A stretch of 64,000 bases of DNA, from contig DATLOQ010000123.1 in assembly GCA_035536235.1 (NCBI GenBank), positions 4,132 through 68,131 on the forward strand, read 5' to 3'. The translations under genes were made by a program, and so were the position numbers. How positions within the stretch are numbered: position 1 is the stretch's first letter; every line of letters begins with the position of its first letter. Of this stretch, positions 29,398 through 40,614 are shown one piece after another. The notes under the pieces are model-generated. The model worked only from the letters and a program-made list of their open reading frames with translations, searched no databases and was not told the DNA's origin. The stretch is from Mycobacteriales bacterium (GTDB taxonomy: Bacteria > Actinomycetota > Actinomycetes > BP-191).

Positions 29398-30000
29398 TCA
29401 GGTACCCGCGCCGAGAGTGCGGACGTAGGCGGCGCATTCGTCGTACGACGGCAGCAGGCCCTGGGCCGCGGCGTCCGCGAGGCTGGGGGCCGCCTCGTCC
29501 TTGGGTGAGAGCAGCGGCGCAGCCGCTCCCCAGGCGATGCCCAGCGCCGGGTCGAGCGGATGCACGCCGTGCTCGTTCGCTGGCGTGAACGGTGTGGAGA
29601 CGAGGTAGGTCACGGCCGAGTCGTCTTCGAGCGCGAGGATCGCGTGCCCGAGACCCTGAGCGAGGTAGACGCCCCGTCGATCGACGTCGTCGATGCGCAC
29701 TGCCTCGTGGCGGCCGAAGGTCGGCGACCCCACCCGGATGTCCACGACCACGTCGAGGAACGCGCCGCGGGTGCAGTAGACGTACTTCGCCTGGCTCGGC
29801 GGGTGCTGCGCATAGTGGACACCGCGCAGAACGTCCTTCCGCGAGATCGAGTGGTTGGCCTGCACCACCTGCGGCGGATGCCCGATCGCCTTCTCGACGA
29901 CCTCGGCCTTGAACCACTCGAGGAACAGGCCTCGCTCATCGGGGTGCTGGCGCGGGGTGAACACCCAGGCGCCGGGGATCGAGAGCTCGGTGACGTCCAT
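29398..30000 (-). CDS. rmlC: dTDP-4-dehydrorhamnose 3,5-epimerase
   Basis: Cupin fold with RGLHYQ-like RGVHYAQ and catalytic His/Tyr context. 200 aa. Confidence 0.85.
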   Translation of the reverse strand: MDVTELSIPGAWVFTPRQHPDERGLFLEWFKAEVVEKAIGHPPQVVQANHSISRKDVLRGVHYAQHPPSQAKYVYCTRGAFLDVVVDIRVGSPTFGRHEAVRIDDVDRRGVYLAQGLGHAILALEDDSAVTYLVSTPFTPANEHGVHPLDPALGIAWGAAAPLLSPKDEAAPSLADAAAQGLLPSYDECAAYVRTLGAGT

Positions 30001-30029
30001 GGCCGCAGAGTCTCTCAGAGATGTCCGGA

Positions 30030-30800
30030 CTAGAGGATCTTGGAGAAGAAGCTCTTGGTCCGCTCCTGCTGGGGATGGCGAAAGACGTCGTTCGGCTTGC
30101 CCCGCTCGACGACGACCCCCTCGTCCATGAACACCAGCTCGTGACCGACCTCGCGCGCAAACCCCATCTCGTGGGTCACGACGATCATGGTCATACCGCG
30201 ACGGGCCAGGTCCTTCATGACGTCAAGCACCTCGCCCACCAGCTCGGGGTCGAGTGCACTGGTCGGCTCATCGAAGAGCATGAGCATGGGGTCCATGGCG
30301 AGGGCACGGGCGATGGCGACCCGCTGCTGCTGTCCGCCGGAGAGCTCGCCGGGGTAGCTGTCGGCTTTCGCGGTCAGACCGACCTGGTCGAGCAGGTCAC
30401 GCGCACGCTCCACCGCCTCGCCCCGAGTCTGCTTTCGGACCCGCATCGGCGCTTCAACGACGTTCTGCAGTGCGGTGAGGTGGGGGAAGAGGTTGAACCG
30501 CTGGAACACCATCCCGATCTTGGCCCGCTGGCTCGCGATGGCCTTCTCCGGGAGCTCGTGCAGCTTGCCGCCGTGTTCCCGGTAGCCGATCAGCTTGCCG
30601 TCCACCCATAGCCGTCCGGCGTTGATCTGCTCCAGGTGGTTGATGCAGCGGAGAAACGTGCTCTTCCCTGAGCCGGACGGACCGACGATGACCAAGACCT
30701 CGCCGCGCTCTACCACGAGGTCGATGCCCTTGAGCACCTCGAGGTGACCGAACGACTTGTGCACGTCCTCGGCGACGACCATCGGATCGAGAGCGGTCAT
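30030..30800 (-). CDS. Polar amino acid ABC transporter ATP-binding protein
   Basis: Walker [10 protein letters not shown], signature [15 protein letters not shown], Walker [12 protein letters not shown]. Confidence 0.9.
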   Translation of the reverse strand: MTALDPMVVAEDVHKSFGHLEVLKGIDLVVERGEVLVIVGPSGSGKSTFLRCINHLEQINAGRLWVDGKLIGYREHGGKLHELPEKAIASQRAKIGMVFQRFNLFPHLTALQNVVEAPMRVRKQTRGEAVERARDLLDQVGLTAKADSYPGELSGGQQQRVAIARALAMDPMLMLFDEPTSALDPELVGEVLDVMKDLARRGMTMIVVTHEMGFAREVGHELVFMDEGVVVERGKPNDVFRHPQQERTKSFFSKIL

Positions 30801-31756
30801 GCTGCCCCGCCCATGCCGCCGGCTGGCACCTGGACCGGCAGGTCCTGCTGACGCCTACCGAAGCCGCGGGAGAAGCGCTTCTCGAGGAAGTGCTGCCCGA
30901 CGAGCAGAACGCTGGTCAGCGCGATGTACCAGAGACAAGCGGCGACCAGCACAGGGAAGACCTGGAACGTTCGTGAACCCACGGCCTGGAGCTGGAAGAA
31001 GAGCTCGTTGGACACCGGCACGGCGACGACGAGCGCGGTGTCCTTGAGCATCGCGATCGTCTCGTTTCCGGTCGGCGGCAGGATGACTCTCATCGCCTGC
31101 GGCAGCACGATGCGTCGCAGGGTGAGCGGCCGGTTCATGCCCAAGGCAAGAGCTGCTTCGCTCTGCCCGGAGTCGACCGAGAGGATCCCGGCTCGGACGA
31201 TCTCGGCCATGTAGGCCGCCTCCGAGAGGACCAGGCCGATGAGGGCGGCGCTGAACCCGGAGAGCACCTCACGGCTGTCGAGGCCGAAGATTCGGGCGTC
31301 ACCCTCGACTCCGAAGAGGTCGAGCAGCTGTCGGTCGAACGGCAAGCCGAACTCGATCTGACCGTTCGCGAAGATGATGCCGAGGTTGCCGGCGAGGACA
31401 AGCAGGACGAGTCGCGGGACCGACCGAAAGATCCAGACATAGACCCAAGCGGTCCACGACAGCACCTTGTTCGGCGAGAGCCGCATCACGGCGAGAACGA
31501 TTCCCAGCAGCACTCCGAGGATCATCGACAAGACCGTCAGCACGATGGTGGTCCGAGCGCCCTCGCGAATGGGCTCGGAGAACATGTTGTCGACCATGAA
31601 TGACCATTGGAACGCGTCATTGGTCACGAGCAGGTGGGCGAACATCGCGAGGAGGACACCGATGATTCCGATGCCTACCCAGCGCCCCGGGTGGCGCACC
31701 GGGACGGCCTTGATCGGATTAGGCCGTCCCGACCGTGCCGAGCCTTCTGCCGTCAC
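30797..31756 (-). CDS. Polar amino acid ABC transporter permease (His/Glu/Gln/Arg/opine family)
   Basis: EAA-like loop ([21 protein letters not shown]). Multi-TM. Stop-start overlap with the ATPase gene. Confidence 0.85.
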   Translation of the reverse strand: MTAEGSARSGRPNPIKAVPVRHPGRWVGIGIIGVLLAMFAHLLVTNDAFQWSFMVDNMFSEPIREGARTTIVLTVLSMILGVLLGIVLAVMRLSPNKVLSWTAWVYVWIFRSVPRLVLLVLAGNLGIIFANGQIEFGLPFDRQLLDLFGVEGDARIFGLDSREVLSGFSAALIGLVLSEAAYMAEIVRAGILSVDSGQSEAALALGMNRPLTLRRIVLPQAMRVILPPTGNETIAMLKDTALVVAVPVSNELFFQLQAVGSRTFQVFPVLVAACLWYIALTSVLLVGQHFLEKRFSRGFGRRQQDLPVQVPAGGMGGAA

Positions 31757-31765
31757 GCGCAGGTG

Positions 31766-32688
31766 TTACGGGTTGACGGCGGGATCGGTGATGCCACCGT
31801 CCTCGACGCCCCACTTCTCCAGTGCCGTCTTGTAGCTCCCGTCGGCGATGGTCGCCTTGAGGGCCTCAGCGAGCACGTCGGCGAAGTCCTTCTGGTCCTG
31901 CTTGACGACGTAGCCGTACGGAGCGGAGTCATAGATGTCACCGAGCAGCTCGAGCTTGCCGGCCGTCTGCTCGACGGCATAGGCCACGACGGGCGAGTCG
32001 GCGAGTACCGCGTCGTCCTTGCCGGTGACGACGGCAGCCGTCGCGTCGGCCTGACTCGCGTACTGGTCAACCGTCAAGGCCTTCTTGCCGGCATCGGTGC
32101 ACTTCTTCGACCGAGCAGCGAGGTCGTCGACCTGCACGGTGCCCTTCTGCACGGCGATCCTCTTGCCGCACGCGTCGTCAATGTCGATCTTGCCGGGGTT
32201 GCCGGCCTTGGTCGCCCACTGGGTGCCGGCGTTGAAGTAGCTGACCATGTTCGCGACCTTCTTGCGCTCGTCGTTGATCGTGAACGACGAGACGCCGATC
32301 TCGTACTTGCCGGACTGCACTCCCGGGATGATCGCGTCGAAGGACGCGGTGACGAACTCCGCCTTGAGCCCGAGCTTGGCCGCCACTGCGTTGAACAGGT
32401 CGATGTCGAAGCCCTGGATGGTCTTGCCGTCGGCGGCGAGGAACTCGCTCGGCGCGTAGGTCGAGTCGGTGCCGACGACGATCTTGCCGTCGGCCTTGAT
32501 CGCGTCGGGCACCTTGCTGGCGAGGTCGTCGCCTGCTGGGGCGGAGGTCTCGGCTCCCGCAGTCGTCGCGCCGGCATCCGGCGTGACGGTCGAGTCGTCA
32601 TCGCCACAAGCACTGAGCGACAGGCCAAGGGCGACGACCGCGCCAAGGGCGAGAGTGCGACGAGCTTGTCCTCTGGTAGCTCTGCTCA
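31766..32688 (-). CDS. Polar amino acid ABC transporter substrate-binding lipoprotein
   Basis: Lipobox LSACG. SBP type 3 fold. GTG start at 32688 with a GGAGGAA Shine-Dalgarno. The N-terminal 120 aa of ORF 31766..33055 were excluded. Confidence 0.8.
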
Positions 32689-32804
32689 CGTGTTCCTCCT
32701 GAGACCGAGGGGCGCGGTGCCCCGGTGCTGGCGTCATCGTGCCGTATGGCGACGCAATGCCAAAGGTGGCCGCAGCGGGATCGTGCCGTTGTGCCAGAAT
32801 CGTG

Positions 32805-33776
32805 ATGATGCTCGCCGCCGTCGCTGTCGCCCAGTCGTTCGAGAGTCCACTGGACGGACTGCGGGTCGGCGACCACCCGGAGCCGGCAGTGCCGAACGGC
32901 TGGGAGCTGGTCCGGGTCCGCGCTGCGGCACTCAACCACCACGATCTGTGGTCCTTGCGCGGCATCGGCCTCGCGGCGACAGAGCTGCCGCGGGTCCTCG
33001 GCTGCGACGGCGCCGGCGTGACCGCTGACGGCCGCGAGGTGATCCTGCACGCCATCGTCGGGGACCCGTCTCAAGGCGGTGGGGACGAGACGCTCGACCC
33101 CACGATGTCGCTGCTGTCGGAGCGATACGACGGCACCCTCGCGGAGTGGGTCGCGGTGCCTCGGCGCAGCCTCGTGGAGAAGCCAGCGGAGCTGTCCTGG
33201 GCCGAGGGGAGCTGCCTGCCGACCGCGTGGCTCACGGCGTACCGGATGCTCTTCGTCCGTGGCGGGGTCCGCCCGGGGCACCGGGTGCTCGTCCAGGGAG
33301 CCGGTGGGGGAGTGGCAACGGCCTGTCTGCTGCTGGCCAGGGCAGCAGGCGCCACCGTCTACGTGACGAGCCGCGACGAGGGGCGGCTCGACCGGGCGAG
33401 AGAGCTGGGCGCGTCTGTCGCGGTGCGCTCCGGTGAGCGGCTGCCGACGCGGGTCGACGCGGTGATGGAGACGGTCGGTGCGGCGACCTGGGACCACTCG
33501 CTCAAGGCACTCGAGCCCGGTGGCGTTGTGGTGGTGTCCGGCGCGACGAGCGGTCCGGCGCCGTCGGCTGACCTGGCCCGGGTCTTCTTCCGCCAGCTCC
33601 GGGTCGTCGGCTCGACGATGGGCTCCCGCCGCGAGCTCGAGGACCTGATCCGCTTCCTCCTCGCGACCGGGGTCCGTCCACTGGTCGACTCAGTGCGGCC
33701 GCTGGCCGACGCCTCATCCGCATTCGCCGCCATGGAGCGCGGCGACATCTTCGGAAAGCTGGTGCTGACGCCATGA
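32805..33776 (+). CDS. Zinc-type alcohol dehydrogenase/quinone oxidoreductase (MDR superfamily)
   Basis: GroES-like N-domain and Rossmann motif VLVQGAGGGVATA. Start at MMLAAVA. Confidence 0.75.
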   Translation: MMLAAVAVAQSFESPLDGLRVGDHPEPAVPNGWELVRVRAAALNHHDLWSLRGIGLAATELPRVLGCDGAGVTADGREVILHAIVGDPSQGGGDETLDPTMSLLSERYDGTLAEWVAVPRRSLVEKPAELSWAEGSCLPTAWLTAYRMLFVRGGVRPGHRVLVQGAGGGVATACLLLARAAGATVYVTSRDEGRLDRARELGASVAVRSGERLPTRVDAVMETVGAATWDHSLKALEPGGVVVVSGATSGPAPSADLARVFFRQLRVVGSTMGSRRELEDLIRFLLATGVRPLVDSVRPLADASSAFAAMERGDIFGKLVLTP

Positions 33777-34954
33777 GAAATCTGGGTCGTGGAGGGGTCG
33801 TTCTTGCATCGCTCGCGGCACTGCTGGTCGCCGGGGCGCCGACGTACGCGATCGACCCGCGCACAGTCCGCATCGGGCTCACCCGGGTGGCGAGCGGGCT
33901 GCGCAGCCCAGTGGCGATTGCTGCGTCGCCGGATGGCACTGGCCGGATCTTCATAGCGGAGCAGGGTGGGCGAGTGCGGCTCATCACGTCGTCCGGTCTG
34001 GCAGCGACGCCGTACGTCGACATCACCAGCCGTGTGTCGAGCGGGGGCGAGCGCGGCCTGCTCGGCATCGCGTTCCACCCGGCGTTCAAGACCAACGGGT
34101 ACTTCTTCCTCTCCTACACCGACGCCGAGGGCGACCTGCGGGTGTCCCGGTTCGGGGCCAACCCAGCCCGCAACGCCGCCAACCCGGCCACCGAGATCGG
34201 CTTCCTCGAGATCCCGCACCGCGAGGCGAGCAACCACAACGGCGGCCAGATCGCGTTCGCGAAGGACGGCTTCCTCTACGTCTCGACCGGAGACGGCGGC
34301 GGTGGCGGTGACCCGAACGGCAACGCGCAGAACCTCGGCTCACCGCTCGGCAAGATCCTGCGCGTGGACATCAACCGGGCGTCGTCGACCAAGCGCTACT
34401 CGATCCCGTCGACCAACCCGTTCGCCACCCGCAGCGGTGCACGACCGGAGATCTGGCACTACGGCCTGCGCAACCCGTGGCGGTTCTCCTTCGACCGGCA
34501 GTACGACAACATCGCGATCGCCGACGTGGGCCAAGGTGCACGGGAAGAGGCCAACTACACGCCGCGCGGTCAGGGCGGCATCAACTTCGGCTGGGACTGC
34601 CGTGAGGGCACCAACGACACCACCGTCCAGTACGGCGGCTCCTACTGCAGCGGTCGGAGCTTCACCGAGCCGGTGTGGCAGTACTTCACGGGAAGCAGCG
34701 GCCGCTGTGCGGTCATCGGCGGCTACGTCTACCGCGGCGCGCGCTACTCGTCCGTGATGAACGGCGTCTACCTCTACGGCGACTACTGCACCGGCGAGAT
34801 CTGGGGACTGGCCAAGAACAACGGGGGATGGTCGAGCGCGCTGCTGCTCGACCACAGCGGCAACATCACCAGCTTCGGCGAGGACTCGAGCGGCGAGCTG
34901 CTGATGGCCGACGCCGGCGGCATCGTCTACCGGATCGCCGCCGCGCGTCGGTGA
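33773..34954 (+). CDS. Secreted PQQ-dependent sugar dehydrogenase (soluble glucose/sorbosone dehydrogenase family)
   Basis: Signal peptide. GSDH beta-propeller motifs (ERGLLGIAFHP, HNGGQIAFAKDGFLYVSTGDGG, WHYGLRNPWRFSFD). Confidence 0.75.
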   Translation: MRNLGRGGVVLASLAALLVAGAPTYAIDPRTVRIGLTRVASGLRSPVAIAASPDGTGRIFIAEQGGRVRLITSSGLAATPYVDITSRVSSGGERGLLGIAFHPAFKTNGYFFLSYTDAEGDLRVSRFGANPARNAANPATEIGFLEIPHREASNHNGGQIAFAKDGFLYVSTGDGGGGGDPNGNAQNLGSPLGKILRVDINRASSTKRYSIPSTNPFATRSGARPEIWHYGLRNPWRFSFDRQYDNIAIADVGQGAREEANYTPRGQGGINFGWDCREGTNDTTVQYGGSYCSGRSFTEPVWQYFTGSSGRCAVIGGYVYRGARYSSVMNGVYLYGDYCTGEIWGLAKNNGGWSSALLLDHSGNITSFGEDSSGELLMADAGGIVYRIAAARR

Positions 34955-36153
34955 GCGGGCCCGGCCGCGCCCGCCGACTCGCAGTGGTGGCGGGGCCGGA
35001 CCCTGGTCACGCTTTCCCCGCCATCGCTCTCGCGGTGGCGCTGCACGAAGCCGGTCATGCAGTGACGGTGTGCAGTGGAGACCGCTGGGCGGACGCCGGA
35101 CGACGCTGCGGGCCGAGCTTCGTCTCCCTCCCGCGGCTCGGCCCCGACCCGCGGGACGACGACCTCGGGTTTCGGCTGTGGGGGCGCGGCCAGCAGATCG
35201 CCCCGCTGCTGGTCGACCTGCTCGCACCCTGGCGTCCGGAGGTTGTGGTCGCTGATGCGATCACCGTGCCGGGCTGGTTCGCCGCCGACCTGATCGGGGT
35301 GCCGCGGGTCGAGCTAGTGGCGACGGCGCTGCAGGAGCCGTCGATCGGGCTACCGCCACCGGGATCCGGGCTGCTGCCGGGCCGTGGGGTGCTCGGCCGC
35401 GGTCGCGATGCCTGGCTGCGTCGGCTGGCCCGCCCGGCCCAGCGAGCAGGAGCCCTGCAGTGCCGCGCCGCTCGGCGCGCCCTCGGCCTGGCGGACGACG
35501 GACCGCCGGTGCTGCGACTCGTGGCCACACTCCCGGCGCTAGAGCTGCCCCGCCCGGACTGGCCGACCCGCACCCACCTGGTGGGCCCGCTGGAGTGGGA
35601 GCCCGACGACGGTCTGCTGGCGATGCCGCCGGGGCCGGGACCCGTCGTGCTCGTCGCCGACTCCTCCGCGTCGGGGGCCCGCCAGGGTGGTCTGCTCGAC
35701 CTGGCCGCCGACGTGCTGCCCTCGGCCGGGATACGGGTGGTCGGCACGCGCTTCGGGGGAGCCGCCGTGGAACGTCCGGGAGTCGCAATCGGCGTCGGTC
35801 GGCACTCGGCGCTGCTCAACCAGGTGGACGCCGTGGTGCTGCCCGGCGGGCACGGGCTGTTGAGCAAGGCCCTGGCGCGCGGCAAGCCTGTCGTGGTCAT
35901 CCCTGGCCCCGGCGACCAGCGCGACAACGCCGTCCGGGTCTGCGCATTGGGGGCCGGCGTGATGATCGAGCCGCGCCGGCTGAGTGCGGAGACCCTGGCG
36001 ACCGCAGTACGCCGGGTCGTGGATGAGCCGTCGTACGCCGCCGCCGCAGCCCGGGTGGCGGCCAGTGCCCGCGGCCTCGGCCCGGCTCGAGCAGTCGACC
36101 TCGTCGAGTCGGTGTTCGCGCGGGAGTTCGGAGCGCCGGCGCATCATCTATGA
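34951..36153 (+). CDS. UDP-glycosyltransferase, GT1 family (MGT/macrolide glycosyltransferase-like)
   Basis: GT-B fold. C-terminal donor-binding motif (HGGHGLLSKALARGKPVVVIPGPGDQRDNA). GTG start overlaps the upstream stop. Confidence 0.7.
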   Translation: MSGPGRARRLAVVAGPDPGHAFPAIALAVALHEAGHAVTVCSGDRWADAGRRCGPSFVSLPRLGPDPRDDDLGFRLWGRGQQIAPLLVDLLAPWRPEVVVADAITVPGWFAADLIGVPRVELVATALQEPSIGLPPPGSGLLPGRGVLGRGRDAWLRRLARPAQRAGALQCRAARRALGLADDGPPVLRLVATLPALELPRPDWPTRTHLVGPLEWEPDDGLLAMPPGPGPVVLVADSSASGARQGGLLDLAADVLPSAGIRVVGTRFGGAAVERPGVAIGVGRHSALLNQVDAVVLPGGHGLLSKALARGKPVVVIPGPGDQRDNAVRVCALGAGVMIEPRRLSAETLATAVRRVVDEPSYAAAAARVAASARGLGPARAVDLVESVFAREFGAPAHHL

Positions 36154-36191
36154 CGCACCCGCGCTCCACCCCAGCTGCGCCGCGCCGGAGG

Positions 36192-36764
36192 TTACTTCTT
36201 GTCCCCGGGGAAGACGTCGGTCTCGCTCTCGTGCCACACCGGGTGGTCCCCGGCAGTCTCGACGTTGAAGCCGTAGTCGAAGATCAGCGACCCGCCGAAC
36301 GTCGAGCCGACGGACACGAAGGCTGCGGCGACGAGGCTGAGCAGCAGGCAGATCGCGGGGACCTTCGGCTCGCCGTCACCCGGTCCGAGACGGAGCACGA
36401 GGTTGGTCACCACCATCAGCGTGGTGAGGATCATGATGCCGGCATGGGCGTTGATGGTCCGCCGCGCCTGCGTGCCGGGCTGCGACGACCGGTGCCAGTC
36501 GGCCCAGCCGGTGAGCGTGGCGAGCAGCGACACGGCAGCGCCACCGATGAGCACCCAGGTCGCCGCGCGGTAGAGCTCGGTGGGCAGGTCGCTTTCGCGG
36601 TTGCGGGTGAGGAACGACAGCAGGTCGAAGACCGCGGCGAAGAGGTACGCCCCCACCGGGATGTCGGTGAGCGGCGGATGCAGCGGCTTGCCGGCCCAGC
36701 CGCGGAGGCCCTTGAACGTGCGACCCCGCAGGGTGAGCGCCGGGCGAATGGAGAACTTCCGCAT
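36192..36764 (-). CDS. DUF2231-family membrane protein
   Basis: 190 aa with 4 TM helices. Cytoplasmic N-terminal region. Confidence 0.55.
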   Translation of the reverse strand: MRKFSIRPALTLRGRTFKGLRGWAGKPLHPPLTDIPVGAYLFAAVFDLLSFLTRNRESDLPTELYRAATWVLIGGAAVSLLATLTGWADWHRSSQPGTQARRTINAHAGIMILTTLMVVTNLVLRLGPGDGEPKVPAICLLLSLVAAAFVSVGSTFGGSLIFDYGFNVETAGDHPVWHESETDVFPGDKK

Positions 36765-36778
36765 GACTGCTCCTCGAT

Positions 36779-36952
36779 CTAGTCGTCGTCGTCGAGCCTA
36801 GCCAGCCAGGTGGCCAGTCGGTCGACCGTCGACTCGGACTCCGGATGCAGGTCGACGTAGTCGCGGAGCCGCCCCGCCACCCAGGCCAGCGACACCGACT
36901 CTGCGCCTCGGCGCTCCTCGAGCTCTTCGATGCCCTTGTCGGTGAAGTACAT
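36779..36952 (-). CDS. Small conserved actinobacterial protein (57 aa; DUF6104-like) downstream of kgd
   Basis: Encodes MYFTDKGIEELEERRGAESVSLAWVAGRLRDYVDLHPESESTVDRLATWLARLDDDD. Not in the ORF track because it is under 60 aa. Occupies the entire kgd/DUF2231 intergenic gap. Confidence 0.45.
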   Translation of the reverse strand: MYFTDKGIEELEERRGAESVSLAWVAGRLRDYVDLHPESESTVDRLATWLARLDDDD

Positions 36953-36961
36953 CGACGTCGA

Positions 36962-39900
36962 CTAGTCGGCGAACGCTGATTCGAGCAGCGCCTGCTGCTC
37001 GAGCTCGTGCATCTTGGCGCTGCCGGTGGCCGGGCTGGCCGCGGCCTTCCGCGAGATCCGGCGCAGCTGCTGGTCACCCGCGAGCAGCTCGGGCAGGTGC
37101 AGCGCCATGAACGGCCAGCCCCCCTGGTTGGCCGGCTCCTCCTGCACCCACACGATGTCTGCTCCGCTGCCGTACGACGCCAGCGTCGCGCGGATCTCCT
37201 CGGTGGCGAGCGGGTAGAGCTGCTCGACACGAAGCAGCGCCACATCGGTGACGCCGAGCTTCTCGCGCGCCGCAGCGAGGTCGTAGTGCACCTTCCCTGC
37301 TGAGAGCACGACGCGACGTGCCGTCGTGACACTCGCGTCGCCGATGATCGGCTGGAAGGCGCCCTGGGTGAGCTCCTCCGACTTCGACGCGGCGGCCTTG
37401 AGCCGCAGCATCGACTTCGGGGTGAAGACGACCAGCGGACGGCGTACGACGCCGCGCACCTGTCGGCGCAGCAGGTGGAAGTAGTTGCCCGGTGTCGTGG
37501 GCACAGCGACGGTCATGTTGTCCTCGGCGCACAGCGTGAGGAACCGCTCGATGCGGCCGCTCGAGTGGTCCGGTCCCTGTCCTTCGAAGCCGTGTGGCAG
37601 CAACAGGACGACGCCGGAGCGCTGTGCCCACTTGGCCTCACCGGCTGAGATGAACTCGTCGATGATCGACTGCGCGCCGTTGACGAAGTCGCCGAACTGC
37701 GCCTCCCAGCAGACCAGGGCTTCGGGCCGCGCGACGGCGTATCCGTACTCGAAGCCGAGTGCAGCGAACTCGCTCAGCAGCGAGTCGTAGATGCTGAACC
37801 TCGCCTGCTCACCCGAGAGGTGCGACATCGGCGAGTACTCCGCGCCGGTGACTCGGTCGGTGACGACTGCGTGCCGCTGCCCGAAGGTGCCGCGGCGGCA
37901 GTCCTGGCCGGCGACTCGCACTGGGGTGCCCTCGAGCAGCAGCGAGCCGAAGGCGAAGGACTCACCCAGGGCCCAGTCGATCGTGCCCTCCTCCAGCATC
38001 GTCGCGCGCCGTTGCAGCTGCGGAAGCAGGCGCGGATGCACCGTGAACCCCTCGGGGAAGTCGAGCTGGGCCGCGATGATTCGCTTGAGCACCTCGTCTG
38101 ACACCGCGGTCTCCACGGGCCCGCTCTCGACGTTGTCGGCCCGCTCGGGGCTCTCGCTGGTCGCGCCCGTGTCGCGGGTCTGGAGGAACACCTCCTCCAG
38201 GTGGCTCTGGTAGTTGCGCAGCGCTTCCTCGGCCTCGGCCAGCGTGATGTCGCCGCGCCCGATGAGCGCCTCGGTATAGCGCTTGCGGGTCGACCGGTGC
38301 GCTTCGATCATGTCGTAGAGCAGTGGCTGCGTGAACGACGGCTCGTCGACCTCGCTGTGCCCGCGGCGGCGGTAGCAGACCATGTCGATGACGACGTCCT
38401 TGCGGAACTCCTGGCGGAACTCGAATGCCAGCCGCGCGACGCGGACGCAAGCCTCGGGGTCGTCGCCGTTCACATGGAAGATCGGCGCTTGCACCATGCG
38501 CGCTGCGTCGGTGCAGTACACGCTGGAGCGAGCCGACGCCGGGGAGGTGGTGAAGCCGAGCTGGTTGTTGACCACCACGTGCACCGTGCCACCGGTGCGG
38601 TAGCCCGGCAGCTGGCTCAGGTTGAGCGTCTCGGCCACCACGCCCTGGCCGGCGAAAGCAGCGTCGCCATGCAGCAGCACCGGGAGCACGGTGAACCCGT
38701 CAGCGCCCTTGTCGATGCGGTCCTGCTTCGCGCGGACGATGCCCTCGAGGACAGGGTTGACCGCCTCGAGATGACTCGGGTTGGAGGCCAGCGAGACCTT
38801 GACGGTCGAACCGGCGCGGCCCTCATAGGTGCCGTCCGCCCCGAGGTGGTACTTCACGTCGCCGGAGCCGTGTGAACTGCTGGGGTCGATGTCGCCGTCG
38901 AACTCGCGGAAGATCTGCCCATAGCTCTTGCCGACGATGTTCGCCAGCACGTTGAGCCGACCGCGGTGCGGCATCCCGATGGCCACCTCGTCGAGCTCGG
39001 CGTCCGCGGCCGCGGACAGCATGGCGTCGAGCAGCGGGATGACGCTCTCCCCGCCCTCGAGCGAGAACCGCTTGTGGCCCACGTACTTGGTATGGAGGAA
39101 GTTCTCGAACGCCTCGGCGGCGTTGAGCCGCTCGAGGATGTGCAGCTGCTCGTCCCGGTCGGTCTTGTCGTGCTGACGCTCGACTCGCTCCTGGATCCAC
39201 CGTCTCTGGTCGGGATCCTGGATGTGCATGTACTCCACGCCGACGGAGCGGCAGTAGGAGTCGCGCAGCACGCCGAGGACGTCGCGCAGCTTCATCACGG
39301 GCGCCCCCGCGAAGCCTCCAGTCGGGAACTCGCGGTCGAGGTCCCACAGCGTCAGCCCGTGGTTGACGATGTCGAGGTCGGGGTGGCTGCGGCTGCGGTA
39401 GTTGAGCGGGTCGGTGTCGGCCATCAGGTGACCGCGCACGCGGTAGGCGTGGATCAGCTCGAGCACCCGGGCCGGCTTCGCCACCTCGTCCTGGGCCGTG
39501 TCACTGATGTCCCGGATCCAGCGGACCGGCTCGTAGGGGATCCGCAGGCTCAGGAAGATCAGCTCGTAGAAGCCCTCCTCGCCGAGCAGCAGCTGGTGCA
39601 GCCGGCGCAGGAAGTCACCGGACTGCGCGCCCTGGATGATGCGGTGGTCATAGGTGCTGGTGATCGTCAACGTCTTGCTCACAGCGAGGCGCGCGAGGGT
39701 CTCTGGGGACGATCCGGCGTACTCCGCGGGGTGCTCCATCGCCCCGACCCCGATGATCGCGCCCTGGCCCTGCATCAGTCGGGGGACCGAGTGCACAGTG
39801 CCGATGGTGCCCGGGTTGGTCAGGGTGATCGTGGTGCCGGCGAAGTCGTCGGCGGTGAGCTTGTTGGCGCGCGCCCGGCGTACGACGTCCTCGTAGGCGG

Positions 39901-40516
39901 CCCAGAAAGCCACGAAGTCCATGCTCTCCGCGGCTTTGATCGACGGGACGAGGAGCGTGCGGGTGCCGTCCTCCTTCTGCATGTCGATCGCCAGGCCGAG
40001 GTTGATGTGCTCGGGGGTCAGCAGGTGCGGCTTGCCGTCGACCTCGACGTAGCCCCGGTTCATCTCCGGCATCTCGCGCAGCGCCTGCACGAGGGCGAAC
40101 CCGATGAGGTGGGTGAAGCTGACCTTGCCGCCCCGCCCGCGCGCCAGGTGCCGGTTGATGACGGTGCGGTTGTCCTCGAGGAGCTTGGCCGGCACCGCGC
40201 GCACCGAGGTCGCGGTCGGCACGCCGAGGCTGGCCTCCATGTTGGCGACCGTGCGGGCCGCCGCCCCCTTGAGCGGAGTCCCCGCGGGGGTCGCGGACTT
40301 GGTTGCGGACGCCGGCTCAGCTGCTGCGGGCGGTGCGGCCGGCGCGGCGGACGCCGACGGGGGCTCGCTGGTCGACGCGGCAGGCTCGTAGTCGGCGAAG
40401 AAGTCGACCCAGACCTGGTCGACGGAGGCGGGGTCGGCGAGGAACTGCTGGTAGATCTCGTCGACCAGCCAGACGTTGGTGCCGAACTCGGCCATGCGGT
40501 CGGACTGCGAAGCCAC
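36962..40516 (-). CDS. kgd: Multifunctional 2-oxoglutarate decarboxylase / 2-oxoglutarate dehydrogenase E1 with fused E2-like acyltransferase domain
   Basis: 1184 aa. N-terminal E2 catalytic-like segment ([14 protein letters not shown]), ThDP motif GDAAFAGQG, and transketolase-like C-terminal domains. Confidence 0.9.
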   Translation of the reverse strand: MASQSDRMAEFGTNVWLVDEIYQQFLADPASVDQVWVDFFADYEPAASTSEPPSASAAPAAPPAAAEPASATKSATPAGTPLKGAAARTVANMEASLGVPTATSVRAVPAKLLEDNRTVINRHLARGRGGKVSFTHLIGFALVQALREMPEMNRGYVEVDGKPHLLTPEHINLGLAIDMQKEDGTRTLLVPSIKAAESMDFVAFWAAYEDVVRRARANKLTADDFAGTTITLTNPGTIGTVHSVPRLMQGQGAIIGVGAMEHPAEYAGSSPETLARLAVSKTLTITSTYDHRIIQGAQSGDFLRRLHQLLLGEEGFYELIFLSLRIPYEPVRWIRDISDTAQDEVAKPARVLELIHAYRVRGHLMADTDPLNYRSRSHPDLDIVNHGLTLWDLDREFPTGGFAGAPVMKLRDVLGVLRDSYCRSVGVEYMHIQDPDQRRWIQERVERQHDKTDRDEQLHILERLNAAEAFENFLHTKYVGHKRFSLEGGESVIPLLDAMLSAAADAELDEVAIGMPHRGRLNVLANIVGKSYGQIFREFDGDIDPSSSHGSGDVKYHLGADGTYEGRAGSTVKVSLASNPSHLEAVNPVLEGIVRAKQDRIDKGADGFTVLPVLLHGDAAFAGQGVVAETLNLSQLPGYRTGGTVHVVVNNQLGFTTSPASARSSVYCTDAARMVQAPIFHVNGDDPEACVRVARLAFEFRQEFRKDVVIDMVCYRRRGHSEVDEPSFTQPLLYDMIEAHRSTRKRYTEALIGRGDITLAEAEEALRNYQSHLEEVFLQTRDTGATSESPERADNVESGPVETAVSDEVLKRIIAAQLDFPEGFTVHPRLLPQLQRRATMLEEGTIDWALGESFAFGSLLLEGTPVRVAGQDCRRGTFGQRHAVVTDRVTGAEYSPMSHLSGEQARFSIYDSLLSEFAALGFEYGYAVARPEALVCWEAQFGDFVNGAQSIIDEFISAGEAKWAQRSGVVLLLPHGFEGQGPDHSSGRIERFLTLCAEDNMTVAVPTTPGNYFHLLRRQVRGVVRRPLVVFTPKSMLRLKAAASKSEELTQGAFQPIIGDASVTTARRVVLSAGKVHYDLAAAREKLGVTDVALLRVEQLYPLATEEIRATLASYGSGADIVWVQEEPANQGGWPFMALHLPELLAGDQQLRRISRKAAASPATGSAKMHELEQQALLESAFAD

Positions 40517-40614
40517 GACGACGCCCCCTGCGGCGGTAGTGGGAGACTAGGAATGAGCGCTGCGCTGTCGAGCCCGCCCAGGCTACGCCGGTGAGCGGAC
40601 CGGGCGAAACGCGG

